Source: Octopus sinensis | Taxonomy: Eukaryota | DNA: 64,000 bases | Direction: 5' to 3' | NCBI RefSeq assembly: GCF_006345805.1 | Contig: NC_043012.1 | Span: 42,532,001-42,596,000, forward strand | Shown here: positions 13,020-26,934 of the stretch, piece after piece | How positions within the stretch are numbered: the stretch's first letter is position 1 | Layout of the letters: each line of letters begins with the position of its first letter | The notes under the pieces: generated by a model | The model's database searches: none | Told to the model about the DNA's origin: nothing | What the model saw: only the letters and a program-made list of their open reading frames with translations | Translations under genes and position numbers: made by a program

Positions 13020-13660
13020 TCTATACAAAACATGGTGTTAGAAGGCGTTTTGTTGGTCACTCAATTGCGACCCACACATAATAATCAAGGGGTTTGCTGT
13101 CTGGGGAGTTGGGTGGCCAGATGTTAAGGGTGATGTGGTCGCAGAAATTGTCTGACAGCCATGACTGGGTTCTCCTGCTTGTGCAGCATGGTGCAGAGTC
13201 TGTTGCCAGATACAAAGTCTTCTAGTAGCACCCTCTTGACCCAAGGCTGCTCTACCTCCTCCAAGCCCTTGATGTAGATCTCCATGTTGAGTCTGATGCC
13301 GTGTGGGAAGATGAATGGAGGCATAACATCACTAGTCATCTCTAGTGATCACTCCAAACACCATGATGTTTACTGGATGTTTGATTTTTATCACTCTCGT
13401 TTTGGGGACACGTCAAGCCAACGGCTGTTCCGTATGTTCACCATCTGCTCGTATTGGAGCCTCCGGCATGAATGCCAAGCAGTACAGTATATCGTTTCGA
13501 AATTTCTGGCAGAGTGAATTGCATCGTGGTGGTGTTTTTCTCACAGACAGTGCCCAACTGACCCTACTATACTGTGTAGTCAAGAAAATCAAACACAAAC
13601 AATGTGCTTGCGCGAAATTAAAAATATGAAATGGTGATAATTTACCAATCGCACCCTGTA
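13020..13660 (-). mobile_element. Tc1/mariner DNA transposon relic, DD37D (maT-like), internally deleted
   Basis: Frameshifted translation KHPVNIMVFGVIT..DVMPPFIFPHG..WQQ/DSAPCCTSRRTQSWLSDNF..IWPPNSPDSKPLDYYVW, with 37 residues between the second and third Asp. End TA-CAGGGTGCG at 13660-13650. The N-terminal transposase start is joined directly to the catalytic region. Confidence 0.82.
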
Positions 13661-13668
13661 TGTGTGTT

Positions 13669-13730
<62 letters not shown>

Positions 13731-14569
13731 ATATATATAGTTGAAATTTACAGAAAAGAAAGAGAGGAAGACAGGTGTATGAACAAGAAGTAGGTATATT
13801 AGTTTGACGCTTGAGAAAGTGAGAAAGTCTTTTACATTTCGAGCCTACGCTCTTCAACAAAAAGGAATAAGAGAAAATGAACAGAGAGAGTTTAAAAAAA
13901 ACTTGTGGATTTAACGATTGAGCATGGTGACTAATACACTAGAATATGAAATAGAAAGTCTTTACTACAGTATTATATATTTGAAAAAAATGAACAGAAA
14001 TGGCTTTTCTGATAATTTTTCCACTTTAATAATCAGACGTTTTTATGTGTATTTATGTGTGTGTGTGTGCGTGTGTGTATGTATGTGCGTGTGTGCGCGC
14101 GCGCGTGTGTGAATGTATGTGGTGGGGTCGTGTATGTGTGTGTCGACCAACGGCCGAGTTCGGTTCGAAAATTCAAGAATCTATCTAATTATAGATAAGG
14201 CATTTAACATACCGACTTTTAATTATGAATTTCAAAATCCGATTACAATACTAGATGTAAACAAAACACTGCACATACAAGGTGGAGGAGAATCTCTCAT
14301 GGCTTCACTTGAGCTTTTCAATAAATTTCCCTTTGGCTTTCGTATCTGCACTATGCGTAGGTCAGGAACAACTTGGACTGTATCAGTGAAATAAATGCCA
14401 TTTGTTTATAAATACCTAATTTTAATTCTACATCATATATCATGTAACTCCTTCAAGCTTTGACTCCTTAAATACACTTTGAGTATTCCCACGGTATGTT
14501 GTATTGGTATGTGCCTATTCCTAAAAACGTCTAAACCACATTCCTAGCCTAACCTAGCTTTGACCGTTT

Positions 14570-15050
14570 GATCGTTGATGACGTCGCAACCATGATGTTT
14601 CCACTTCTCTGGGGCTTCTGTTGCTCTGTGAGTTGACGGAATTGAGGTCTGTCCACTTTTTGATGTTACAAACCCAGCTTTTCCTTAGCTTCACATGCCC
14701 AGCTTTCGTCCACCTTCCACAGTACCTTGCAGGATTGTCATTGCAAGGCCGGAGTTTCTTGTGACATGGTCTTACTATTTCAGTTTCTTTGATTTTACAA
14801 TTGTCAGCAGATCTTTGTGTGGTCCAATATCCGAGGTTATTCTCATCCTCACTTCGTTATTCGTCCCGTGTTATTTGTTTGAGATCTCCAGTGCGCTAAC
14901 TTTTCTTCTCTAGTTTCGCTCTTAATGTCCGAGCCTCGCAGGCGCATATGAGATGGAAATTAGAAGTGACCACACCAGTCTGACTTTTGTGCAGAGCCGA
15001 ATGCTTCTATGTCTCCAGACTGGCCTTCCGTTTTGCGAGTGATGCCGTAT
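14570..15050 (-). mobile_element. RTE-clade LINE 3' fragment, degenerate
   Basis: Degenerate translation ..FHLICACEARTLRAKLEKKVSALE.. and ..HVTRNSGLAMTILQGTVEGGR.., typical of the RTE C-terminus. Confidence 0.7.
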
Positions 15051-15397
15051 TAATCAATCAACAAATCAATTAAATTATTACCTTGCTTTCACTTACGCGT
15101 GCAGGGTATTGAAAGCACTCGTCTTAGTTTGTTTGTCTTTGTGTTTGCAAAATTACTGGAGAGCTGCTGAACTGAATTTCACCACATTTGGCAGAAATAT
15201 TCATTGGATGAGTGGCTCGAAATGATGAACACTTGCTTTGATTGTCTTTAAAAAAAAAAAGAGTTTTAAAAAATTGAACTTACAAATTTCCCGATAAGCA
15301 AGTGGTCATGTCACTTTGTTCACCTTTTTCACATGAATCGACCCTCGTCTGCGTATTATAGATTATGATGTACCTATGCGCATAGAAACGTGTAGGT

Positions 15398-15416
15398 ACA
15401 TACATAAATACATACA

Positions 15417-15450
<34 letters not shown>

Positions 15451-15576
15451 CATATATACATACATGCATACATACATACATACATACATACATACATACA
15501 TACATACATACATGCATGCATGCATGCATACATACATACATACATACATACATACATACATACATACATACATACA

Positions 15577-15605
<29 letters not shown>
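15398..15605. repeat. (TACA)n microsatellite
   Basis: Directly visible. Confidence 0.97.
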
Positions 15606-15607
<2 letters not shown>

Positions 15608-17179
15608 GCGACTGTGTGTGTATGTGTACGCTGATGGATTCAAGGGTTTCGTTTATTTACGAGTTGACTTTTTAATTTCACCAGAGTATAAATACCTATA
15701 ATGTGATACTTAAAAAAAATAATTCAGTTCAATTAAAAAGCATGTGTAAGCAATGCATTGCAAGCCACACTATAATTTGCGAAAAAGGTTTATCTGTGTG
15801 CAGGGTATGCATCGCATTTTTTATTTATTTATGTAGCCATCAGTTATATTTATTTAATTATACAATTATCTATTAATCATCCCTGTTTTAATCATTTTAT
15901 TTATTATTATTTATTTGTTATTTTCTTAATTATTCTATTAGCATTTATTTCACAGTGTTTTAATTTGCTGTAAGTAATGCAACTTGTGCGAATAATATAA
16001 ATGTTTTGAAAAACTGAAAAATGAGAAGTTGGACAAAATAGATAATATGAATAAGCAAACACAAAGAGAGATGTTGTGTTATTTCCCGAAGACTTTCTAA
16101 TGAATCTAGAATATTCATTAAAGATTCTTTTTTCTTTTTTTATTGGAGAAATCTCTCGTGTAGGCAACAGGAGGAATGAAATACTGAAGTTTGGTTTCGT
16201 TTAGAGTGCTGCCAATTTTCACATTTTCTAACTTTAGATATTATATACTGTTTAGGATTCATTTTTAAATATTAAAAAAACTACCTGTAGTAACTGCAAT
16301 TTTTATAACTATTTTACTTTAAAATTAAATAAAGGATTGTGAGTGAAGATGTGACTTTATTTGGAAATCTATTTTAAAATTTTTAAACATTATCTAGTTT
16401 TTTTTTTCTTCATATTTTCCGAATGACACTCCTGCTTCGCACCTATTCACTTTTCAGTCAGTTTCCCCTTGGTAGCGTGTGTGATGTATTGTCTAAAGCA
16501 TTTTGTACTCAGTGTATTCACGCACATATTTTCATATTTATGTTTTAGCAATTTGTGTATTACTTGTATGTAATTATAAGATTCAAAGATTTAAGAGTAG
16601 AAAGTTTGTAAGCTTCGAACAGATTGTAGTAGCTATAAAAAAGCAACGTTTAGGAATAATAACAATTCATTGGCATCAAAGGTTTTAGGCGTTTCCTATA
16701 CAGATGTTCAATAAATAAACTTTTTTATAGCTCACGGATAGCAACTTGAGTTGCTATGAATGCGAATAAAAATCCAAATTGAGGGAGCGGGGCGAGTAAA
16801 ATCCAGGAAACATTTAGCCTGGATTTTATTTGCTCCACTCCTTCAATTGCATACAAACACACACACACACACACACACACACCACACACACACACACAAC
16901 ACACACACACACACACACATGTATGTATGTATGTATGTATGTATGTATGTATGTGTATGTATGTATGTATGTATGTATGTATGTATGTATGTATAGAAGC
17001 AAGAGTGTTTTTTCCTGCAGGCAAAAAACTACATCATACTTGTATATATCAAGTATGAAATATATTCGGTTGTTCTAAATTAATAATGCTCCAATTGCGT
17101 TCACTGAGCTTTTATTTAGTTTTGTTCTTGAAATTTTGTGTTTCTTTCAGTGGTGATGTCAATGCAAAGAAGTAAATAA

Positions 17180-17640
17180 ATAAGTAAAATACCTAGCGAC
17201 CGGATGGGAAGGTTGTCCTCTCAACAAATACGCTGCTGTGGGTGTCGCTGGATGACGGACTCTGGTGATGATATAATTCCACACTTTCTGATTCATGGCG
17301 CTGGCCTTAGCACACTTGAGGTCGAGGCGCTACGACTTCAGGTCTTCTTCAATTTTAATCGCTCATGTCTTTTTTGATGCAGTGCCCAGCGCTGAGACCT
17401 GGATCATCCTCAAACGGGACCTGAACAAACTCGAGCTGTTCCAAATGCGGTATCTTCGTCAGATCTTTGCGATCCTATTGTGCGACCGAATCTCAAACAA
17501 CATCCGAGAACTTAAGATCCCAGCAGCTGACCATTGAAGACCAAGTGCAGCAGCGCAGGTTACAGTGGTTTGGCCACGTCTGCAAGATGAGCACCGCAAG
17601 ACTACCACACCAACTTTTGTGGCCACAATGCTAAGGAGTG
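17180..17640 (+). mobile_element. RTE-like LINE 3' fragment, degenerate
   Basis: AETWIILKRDLNKLELFQMRYLRQIF..CDRISN, then in another frame IEDQVQQRRLQWFGHVCKM. Confidence 0.7.
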
Positions 17641-18049
17641 TGATGAACCAGGAGTATTAGACTGCTGTATTCAGCACTGATATCTTTGATCTAGCCTCTG
17701 AATTCAACCATCTTTTATGATAGCAAAAAATCCACGTATTCATCCCATTAGATATCCGAATAGCAAATCAATTCCGCTACAGCCATATAATAACTCGCAC
17801 ACATATATATATATATATAACTTTTTTGAATATAAAATATATAGCTTATTAGAATTTTAAAACCTTCATATGGAACGCATTTATGTGTCATACTAGATCA
17901 GATAATATAGACTTTTATAATAACAATTACAAAAAAAAAACAATAAATATTTAGCTACGACTTTAATACTTTAAATTATGACACATTAAAACTGGGATAC
18001 TGTTTGATGGACGTAAATGGTGTGTCTTAATTCTTCAATTTTTTATTGG

Positions 18050-18400
18050 ACTAGGGCCATGCTGAAGCACAACCTTGAATATGCTTAGTCAAGCAAATCG
18101 AAACCAGTACTCATGTTCTTAACCTATTTTGCCGAACCACTAAGTTACAGAGATGTAAACAAACCAACACGAGTTGTCAAGCTGTGTGTGTATGCGTGTG
18201 TGCGTGTATAATAAATACAGACACACATACACATATATATGTTTGTGCGTGTATACACATGACCGGTTTCCACATAGCTTTTCGCCTACCAAATTCACTC
18301 CCAAGACATCGGTTGTACCGGGGCTGTAGTAGAAGACCTTTTCCCAAAATGCCGAAAGTATTTGATTGCAAAGCGAGTATTTTAACCACATCGACATGCC
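18050..18400 (-). mobile_element. SINE family B copy (diverged)
   Basis: The reverse complement matches the 42485-42900 SINE, including the head, the GGTAG..AAA body, the internal (TG)n and the TTAGTGGTTCGGCAAAA tail. Confidence 0.7.
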
Positions 18401-18482
18401 CGAGAAATTATTTTCTAAAGTATATTTACCTCCATTACTTTTAACATTCACACGCATTTAAAAAGTAAAAATTGATATAAAA

Positions 18483-18501
18483 ATACTTGACTGTATCAAG
18501 A

Positions 18502-18567
<66 letters not shown>

Positions 18568-18584
18568 TTGATACAGTCAAGTAT
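18483..18584. repeat. Fold-back: perfect 24-bp inverted arms around a (TA)n spacer
   Basis: ATACTTGACTGTATCAAGAATATA ... TATATTCTTGATACAGTCAAGTAT. Confidence 0.9.
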
Positions 18585-18682
18585 ATATATTTTTTTTTTC
18601 TACATCAGTGACTGTGGTTACTGTGAAAATCCTTATATATGCAGCCTGTAGAGAGAGTCCCTCATCGAAGAACGGTGCTTAC

Positions 18683-18725
18683 CATGCGTTGATAAGAGGC
18701 AATTACCTCGAAACCGGTCCGTATG
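18683..18725 (+). ncRNA. Minimal type I hammerhead ribozyme candidate, U3-A8 core variant
   Basis: Stem I CAUGCG/CGUAUG; core UUGAUAA; stem II GAGG-CAAUUA-CCUC; GAAA; palindromic stem III ACCGGU; GUC cleavage triplet. Confidence 0.72.
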
Positions 18726-18898
18726 TAGTATCCGTATCTTCGGGGAGGCTGATCTCCCTTTACAGGCTAGCAAGGACACCGTGATGGTGTCGGTCCTTCT
18801 GGTGACGTCGATGATCGCCTGGGGCTAAATGCATCAGTAACACCCCCCACCACCCCGCCCTGTCCCTAGCCACATTCAGATGGCTGATCCCCCTTACG

Positions 18899-18936
<38 letters not shown>

Positions 18937-19104
18937 AGAGAGAGAGAGAGAGAGGGAGAGGTACGCATGTTTAATCATTACAACTTTATATCTGTAGGAT
19001 ATGTCATAATGAGATATATATTATGCGCGGGAAATGCACTTAGATCAGAATCTTACTTGACTGGCAATATATGATGTGATATAACAAGTTTGTATCAATT
19101 ATAT

Positions 19105-19246
19105 GGAATGTGCTTTCCAACCACATGGTTCCGGGTTCAGTCCCACTGCGTGATACCTTGAGTAAGTGCCATCTACTATAGCCTCGGGCTGACTGAAACG
19201 TTAGTGGGCTTGGTTAACAGAAACTAAAAGAAGCCCAACATATGTA
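19105..19246 (+). mobile_element. SINE family B 5' fragment
   Basis: CCAACCACATGGTTCCGGGTTCAGTCCCACTGCG...AGAAACTAAAAGAAGCCC matches the other family B copies. Confidence 0.75.
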
Positions 19247-21365
19247 TAAAATATTCGAGGAGGAATTTTTTCGCATAAATTCGTTAGTTATAACTATCAT
19301 GGTGGCTTAGCACACACATACACACTCTCTCTCATACTGACATGAAAAATCTCATACTCTCTTTCTCTCTCTCTCACACACACACACGCGCGCGCGCATG
19401 GACTTTCTGTCTCGCTCATACATATACTCTCTCTCTCTTTCTCTCTCTCGTAGGCTTTCTCCCTTTTTCTTGTAGACTCTCTCTTTCTGTTTCGTAGACT
19501 CTCTCTCACGTAGACGTTCTCTCTCTCTTTCTCTCACGCACACACACTCACACACTCACACAGAGTCCGTTCATTTTGCTGGCACCAACAGCTTTTTACG
19601 ATCTTGATTTGACTTAAAAGATATGCATATCGTAAATATATTATTAATAGTTCTAAAGTTCAATTCATTCTTTTGGCTTTTTTAAAAATGAATTCTAGTG
19701 TGGAAAGTATTCATTAGAATGTTTACATATAATTCAATTTCATCAGATTAATTTTTAAAATTGTTCATTTGATACACTTTTGTTTGCTGATGGCAAATAT
19801 TGCATACACAGAAATTAATAAATAATCGTGACGGTTTGTCTTCATGGGAGCAGCAAAATAGATTTAGAAGGCAGAGAAAGAGTAATCTTAATGTTATCAT
19901 CATCGGGCTGACTGAAACTATGTGTGTGTGTGTGCGTGTGTGTGTGTGTGTGTCAATGTATATGTGTGTGTGTGTGTCAATGTATATATGTGTGTGAGTG
20001 CACATGTGTATATGTTATATATACGTGAGACACATATGTGTATTATAGGTATAAGAACTCACATATACATGAGTAAAACAAGTAAACGGTGAAGTGGCAT
20101 AAAAAAATGTGTAGGAACGGAAGATGAAGAGATGATGAGGAGGAGAGAGGAAAAGGAAGAGAAGGAGGAAATGAATAGTGGTGATAATGGTGATGATTGC
20201 AATAATAATGACGAAAAAGGAGAGGCGAAGTAAAAGTACGCAAAGAGGACTAATAATAGTAATGATGATGATGATGATGATGATGATAAAAATGTTTTAA
20301 GAAGCCATCAATGAAGGATTAAAGTGAGTTTAATGACACTGGGAATACAACTTGGAGAGCTTTGATTTGGTAAGCGGATTAACGAGGTAGTGGTAGCATG
20401 GTGTTGGTGGTAGTGGTGGTACCGTGCTAGTATCGGTGTAGTTGTGGTGATGTTGATAATGGTGATGTTGGTGTGTGTGTGGTGATGGCATTTGTGGTGT
20501 GTTAATGATTGTGTTATAGTGATGGTGGTATGTTTTGTTGTTGTGGATGGGGTAGCATTGATTGCTGTGAGGGATAATTGATGGAAATTTGTTACAGATT
20601 AATTAACATCAATTCCTTAGTCATTAATTAGTGATTAGATTAGTTTCTAGAGGATTTTAAGTTTAAGTAGTAGCAATTGGTAACCACCAGTTTATCATAC
20701 AGTGTTTTAGTAACCAACTTATGTTAAATATATACACAACACTTGTTCGTCTAAGTGATAACTGTGTGGGCATAATACATGCACACCTATACATAACATA
20801 TACATATATAACTAAACAAAAATGAGCTAAACGGGACACCTTAAAGTGGTCAGTGGCATGTATTTGAACAACATAAACAAACGCCGATATAATAAATACC
20901 ATACAGCATGAATTATTGATTTATTACAATTATTTCTACCTCGAAAGGCTGTACCACAATTATTAAATGACAATTGAGAACAACTCCATATGAGAAGAGG
21001 AGATAATCTCATGAATCAAGAATTCTCCAAAATTCATGTGCCATTAAGGAAAAGAACAGCAGCTGCAGCACAATTGTCCAACAGATTCCCAACGGCCATG
21101 GGACATAGACTTATACAAAACGAGGTGAATACATTTATATTTATGGCCAAGATAATTTGCATACATATTTGCATGCATAGAAACGTACGTACATATATAT
21201 AGACACACACGCACACATATGTGTTGTATTTTTCTAGAGTTTCTTGTAAAACTGTGTACCGTGAGTTCTAACATCATTTTTTTTATTTTTTGCTGGAAGG
21301 AGACTTTTTCTTTTATATATACATATATATTTAGAGAGAGTGATTGATAGATAGATAGATAGATA

Positions 21366-21436
21366 TGTTTCTTTATTAGCCACACAGGGCTGCACACAGA
21401 TAGAACAAATTACAAGGTAGAGCTTTTCTTTTGAAG

Positions 21437-21471
<35 letters not shown>

Positions 21472-24400
21472 AGGGGGAGGTTCGATCAAAAGGGATCGTA
21501 AAAGGAGAGAAAGAGGACAAAAATAAGGGGGTTAAAAAAAAAAAAAAAAAAAAAAGAGGGGGGGGAGAGGAAAAAAAAATGATCAATAGGGATCGTTATC
21601 ACAGAAATGTCAATATGAAGTGTAAAGGGGAGGACAGGTGAGGTTTACCCGTGGAAAGAAAAGCCTGCGGAAAAGACCACGGTAACCTCGGTCAATGAAG
21701 TCACATTTTATATTTCTTTTTTTTTTTTTTTGCAAATAAGCAACTCTCTGTTTTCGATTTCTGGGTTCATAGGACTATGCTCAAGGTGGCTTCGTCATTC
21801 ATACGTGCCATTCTTGCTACATTTACCCATCTTTTTTTAAAACATTCGCTAGACAAAACTTGCCTCTCTACTCTCACTTTCCTTTTCAAGTGGTACTTGA
21901 AGAAGTTGATGAGAGATTGACCAGAGAGGAAAGTGTTTGTCTCCAATCCTTTCAGACGCGTCCACCAGATACATTCTTTCGCCATAGCCACAAGGATGAT
22001 GAAAATAGCTCTTCTTCCCGTTTGAAGGAAGGAGGTGTGACAATATTGACGATAGACTCAGCTGATAAACCGACTCGTCCCACACGTGACAGCAGTTGTT
22101 CGACATAAGCCCACAGGTCGGAAATTGTTGGACACTGAACGAGTGCGTGCAGAACGGTTTCGTCGCTCTGACCGCATCTCGGGCAGGTCGGCCCCGTGTT
22201 TCTCGAGCCGTGTCTGTAGAGCTTATCCGAACGGGTAGCGCTTCTCGGTAGCACTGCCAGGCCAGGGATCTCTGGAAGTTGTCCATGGGCCCTGGCCCGA
22301 AAGTCGTCCCGAACAGGCGGGTCAGGTACTCCTCGTCGACGTCCAGGTTCGCCCCGAGCTCGTCGTCGTACCTCCCCTCCACTAAACCCCTATAGAATGC
22401 TTTGGTTGTGTTGAAGTCACTTAAGGTCGACCCAGGACGGCAGAGTTGCTTGAGAGCAACGCGACACTCGCGGTGCCATTCGCCCTTCCTCGGCCTCTTT
22501 TTGATCCACGACTGCAGTTCGGTCATGGAGACGAGCTGCGGGAAAGCGTGCCTCACAAACGGCGACCACACCTGTTCACCGTCGTCTACATAGAGCCAGA
22601 GATGTCGCAGTCTCAGCGCGTGTCTGCGCATCATCAACCACGGCATGCCCAGCCCTCCTTTTAACGGGTGTTGACAGCAAATGGATCGCCTGACCATCGG
22701 GACGCATCCTTTCCACAAGAAGCGAAAGAGGATGCGTTGTAGTTTGGTGATGGTAGGGTCGGGACAAGGTACGACGGTCAGGCGGTAGTAGATGACGGAC
22801 GCGATGTTCGCCACCTCCGCTCGACCTTTTAGGGACAGTTTCCTCTCGGCCCATTGCCGGGCGAGAGTGACCACCCTACTCGTCATCTCGTTCCAGTTCT
22901 TCTCCACTTGGAGGTCCGGACCAAACCAGACCCCGAGCAACTCAACCGGGCCGTCGGTCCAGCGTCCCACGACGGAGGCGCTGGTGGACGGCATGGGCTT
23001 GCTTCTCCAGGTGCCTAGTCGCAAGCCCACTGACTTTTCCCGGTTGATTTTCGCTCCTGTCACCGCTTCGTAGTTTTTCAGTGTCTCGCCGACCAGCTCG
23101 ATGTGCTCGTGGCTAGACACTATGACGGTGACGTCGTCCGCGTATGCAGACACGCTCGTCCCGCATCCCAATTCTCGCGGGATGCCCCTTAGAGTCGCCA
23201 GCTTCCGCAGTAGTGGCTCAAGAGTCAATACGTATAGAAGCGCCGAGAGGGGGCATCCCTGACGGACCGAACGTGCAATGTCGAAAGGTCTCGATAGATG
23301 TCCATTTACGCGAATTACCGAACGGATGCCTCTGTACAAGGCAGCTATCCAGCCGCGGAAGACGGGACCGAAACCAGCCGCTCTCAGGACTGCCTCCAAG
23401 TATCGATGGTCTACCCTATCAAAGGCTTTTGATTGATCCAAGTTGATCAGGGCCCCACCCATGCCAGGTTCGTTAACTACCCTGTCTATGATGTAGCGCA
23501 TCAGATGGAGGTTGTCATGGATGGTCCGGCCTGGCACGGCGCATGTTTGCGCCTTGTCGACCAGTTTCTCGATGACAAGCGCCAACCTCTTGGCTAGCAC
23601 CTTGGCCAAAATTTTCAAGTCTGCATTAAGCAGAGTGATGGGCCTAAAGTTATCTATTACATTTCCCTTGTTTAGATCTTTCTTCAGCAGTGTTACGGCT
23701 CCTCGGCTCACAAAACCAGGAATGCTCCCGTTTTGCTGCCAGTTGCAGTACACCGCCGCCAAGAGATCTCCAAACAAGTCTGGCATACAATTGTAAAGCT
23801 CGTAGGGTAGACCATCCAAACCCGGTGATTTGTCCCTCGAGTATTCTGCCATCGCTTCCCGCACTTCCGCCGCCGTGATGGCACCTTCGCAGCACCCTGC
23901 CTTTCTTGTCGAGAGTCGTGGTAGGCTATGTAGGTAGGCACTGAAGTCCACCCTACGTTCTTGCCCTCCACTCGTTCCGAACAGTCGGGCAAAATGCTGC
24001 TGAAAGGCTCACACATTTTACTTGGCTCGAGCAATTCGCGCCCCTGTTCATCTACCAGTGACCGAATGGTGGCTTTGTTGCCCTGTTGCGCCTCTGCCAC
24101 CCGGGCCTCTCTCGCGGCTCCAACACCTTCGTTCCTTAGAGCACGCATCCTAGCTCTGACAGCACATCCTTCGTGTTTGGCGTTGAAGTGTTGGTCGAGG
24201 GCCAACCTCGCCGCCAAAACGTCGGATGCGATGCCGCTTCTAATTGCCTCTTCTAGCTTCTTAACTAGCTCACCCTCTACACTATTTCTATCTATGGCTA
24301 GTGCTTTGCTGTACCTAATCGCTTCTGCTTTTACTGCTCTCTTGAGGGCAAACCACCATTTGTTGTTGATGATGGCTCCCGTCAAAGCCCTCTTTACTAG

Positions 24401-24678
24401 TGTGCTAATCCGGTCTCTGAAAACTTGTCTCGATGGGAAAGACGCGTTTAGTTTCCAGTATCCGGGACCCTGCCTAAGTGTCTTACCTAAGTCTAGCGTA
24501 CATGTCACAAGTTTGTGATCCGTGTAGCTGACTATGTGGAATTGTGGACATCCTATGCTATCTCTATCTACTGTCCTACACAGTATCCTATCTAGATACG
24601 ATCTCGACGACCCGATGCGGTTGCTCCATGTCCACGTTGGCGCATTCGGGTGGTCTAGTCGAAACCTGTCAGACAGTT
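21366..24678 (-). mobile_element. Tx1/L1-clade LINE, 5'-truncated, flanked by (GATA)n on both sides
   Basis: Endonuclease C-terminus ([14 protein letters not shown]), RT (FRPITLLNADLKILAK, LDQSKAFDRVDH, SVRQGCPLS, YADD) and C-terminal CPRC..ETVLHALVQC finger, with frameshifts near 23950 and 22220. The 3' end reads AATAAAGAAACA then (TATC)n. Confidence 0.92.
21849..23951 (-). pseudogene. Tx1/L1-type reverse transcriptase ORF2 segment
   Basis: 700-aa ORF with RT motifs; frameshifted from the upstream endonuclease/linker frame and from the downstream Zn-finger frame. Confidence 0.88.
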
Positions 24679-25090
<412 letters not shown>

Positions 25091-25091
<1 letters not shown>

Positions 25092-25520
25092 GGCATGTCT
25101 GAGTGGTAAGAAGTTTGCTTCCCAACCACATGGTTCAGGTTCAGTCCCACTGCATGGCATCTTGGGCAAGTATCTTCTCCAGTCTCGGACCAACCAAACC
25201 ACATGAGTAAATCTGGTAGATCGAAACTGCAAGAAGCCTGTCGTGTATATGTATATATGTGGGGGGGGCATATGTACTTATGCACATACATACATACATA
25301 CATACATACATACATGTGCGTATGTCTGTGTTTATCTCCTACGACCGCTTAACAGGAGTTGGTAAGTTTATATTCTCGTAATTTAGTAGTTCGGTAAAAG
25401 ACGACGATGGAATAAGTACCAAGCTTAGCATAATAGTAAGTACTGGGTGGATTCATTCGGCTAAAATATTCTACAAGGCCGTACCCCAGTCTTATGACTA
25501 ATATAAGTAGAAAAGTCAAA
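25091..25520 (+). mobile_element. SINE family B copy (diverged)
   Basis: GAGTGGTAAGAAGTTTGCTTCCCAACCACATGGTTCAGGTTCAGTCCCACTG head, internal microsatellite and GAATAAGTACC tail. Confidence 0.75.
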
Positions 25521-25564
25521 AAAAAATGTATACATACATACATGCATACATACATGCACACATA

Positions 25565-25611
<47 letters not shown>

Positions 25612-26156
25612 TATTTGGTTGCGCTGCTTCCGCGGATTCCCATCGTCATCCAATTCCGTTATTATGAATTTGAATTAGGAGCCTCAGTTCTTTTGAATCT
25701 TTCCTTAGCTGATTACCCAACCACAGACGCCGTTACTTACAGTCACTCTCTTGATAGAGCTTGGTGGTTCTGATTGTTGATCTTCGATTATTCCTCCGCT
25801 CACCAACAACGTGTTGGCGGTCGGTATTATGGGACGTGATGAGCTGTGTGGTGCTGGTGGAAAGGATGACAGATGAGGTGGGCGGAAGTAGGGCTTGCAG
25901 GGATCGGCGGAAGACTTAAGGGTGCATGCGTGGGAGGAAGCGGATGTGGTCAAGGACAACACACGTGTGGTCAGCGAGGAAGCGCGGCAGTTCCAGCATA
26001 GACGGCAAAGCGACAGGACGTGTCGAATTCGTGAGAGACCGCTGATTTCACCAAGGTAAGGTCTTTTGTATTTCTTTCTCCCGTTGCTTCTTTTTTCTGT
26101 TGTCCTCTTCATCCATCACACTACAAGCTATTTCGGCTCATAAAAAAAAACCAACG

Positions 26157-26855
26157 ATGAGTGCCCGTATTTCGAACGAGATGATCAAGCCATTTTGCGG
26201 TGACACATATGTAGTCGCTTGGTTGAAGAAGGTGAAGTTAGTGGCGAAGCTCCACGGTATAAGCGACCTAGCGAGTTTTAAACCGCTGTACTTGGATGGT
26301 CCGGCATTGGCGCTGTATCTAGAGATGGAAGAGAAGGATCAACTTAGCGCAGAGAAAGTAGAAATCCGGTTGATGGAGGCCTTTGCGGAGGAAATGTTTG
26401 AGGCATACGCTCGCCTGGGGAAAACAAGATGAACTGGGGAACAGGTGGACGTATTTGCCAATGAACTCAGGAGATTGGTTAAACTGGCGGATTATGAGGG
26501 AGAGTCGCTGGACCAGACGGTTAAGTTGGTGTTTGTGACTGGCTTTCCTGTCAACATGTTGGTCGAGTTGCAGCAGCTTCAAAACATTCATTCGATGGCG
26601 ATGGCAGACATCGTATCTCGGGCACGCGTTCTAGTTTCGTGCAGCAGAACGACGTCGGTAGCAGCGACTGCAACAACGAAAAGTGGCCGAGCTAGGAGCA
26701 GCAGAGAGGGGTCAAAAAAAGAACGTGTGCGACCATTCAAAGAACAGTGTTTCTGGTGCCAGGGGCCACACATGGTGCGAGACTGCGAGTCACCTGAGGT
26801 CATTTGCTACCGGTGTCGAGAAATGCCAGCGAATGTCTGCGGGGAAACGGACTGA
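26157..26855 (+). pseudogene. Gypsy gag, interrupted by an in-frame TGA at 26430-26432
   Basis: ORFs 26100-26432 and 26445-26855 are in the same frame; CCHC knuckle at the C-terminus. Confidence 0.8.
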
Positions 26856-26934
26856 GGGAGACTACTGCGCCGGTAGTTGTCCCTTTTGATCAATAGAGGC
26901 GCGTTTATCGTCATTACCTGTAGTCGACATTCTG

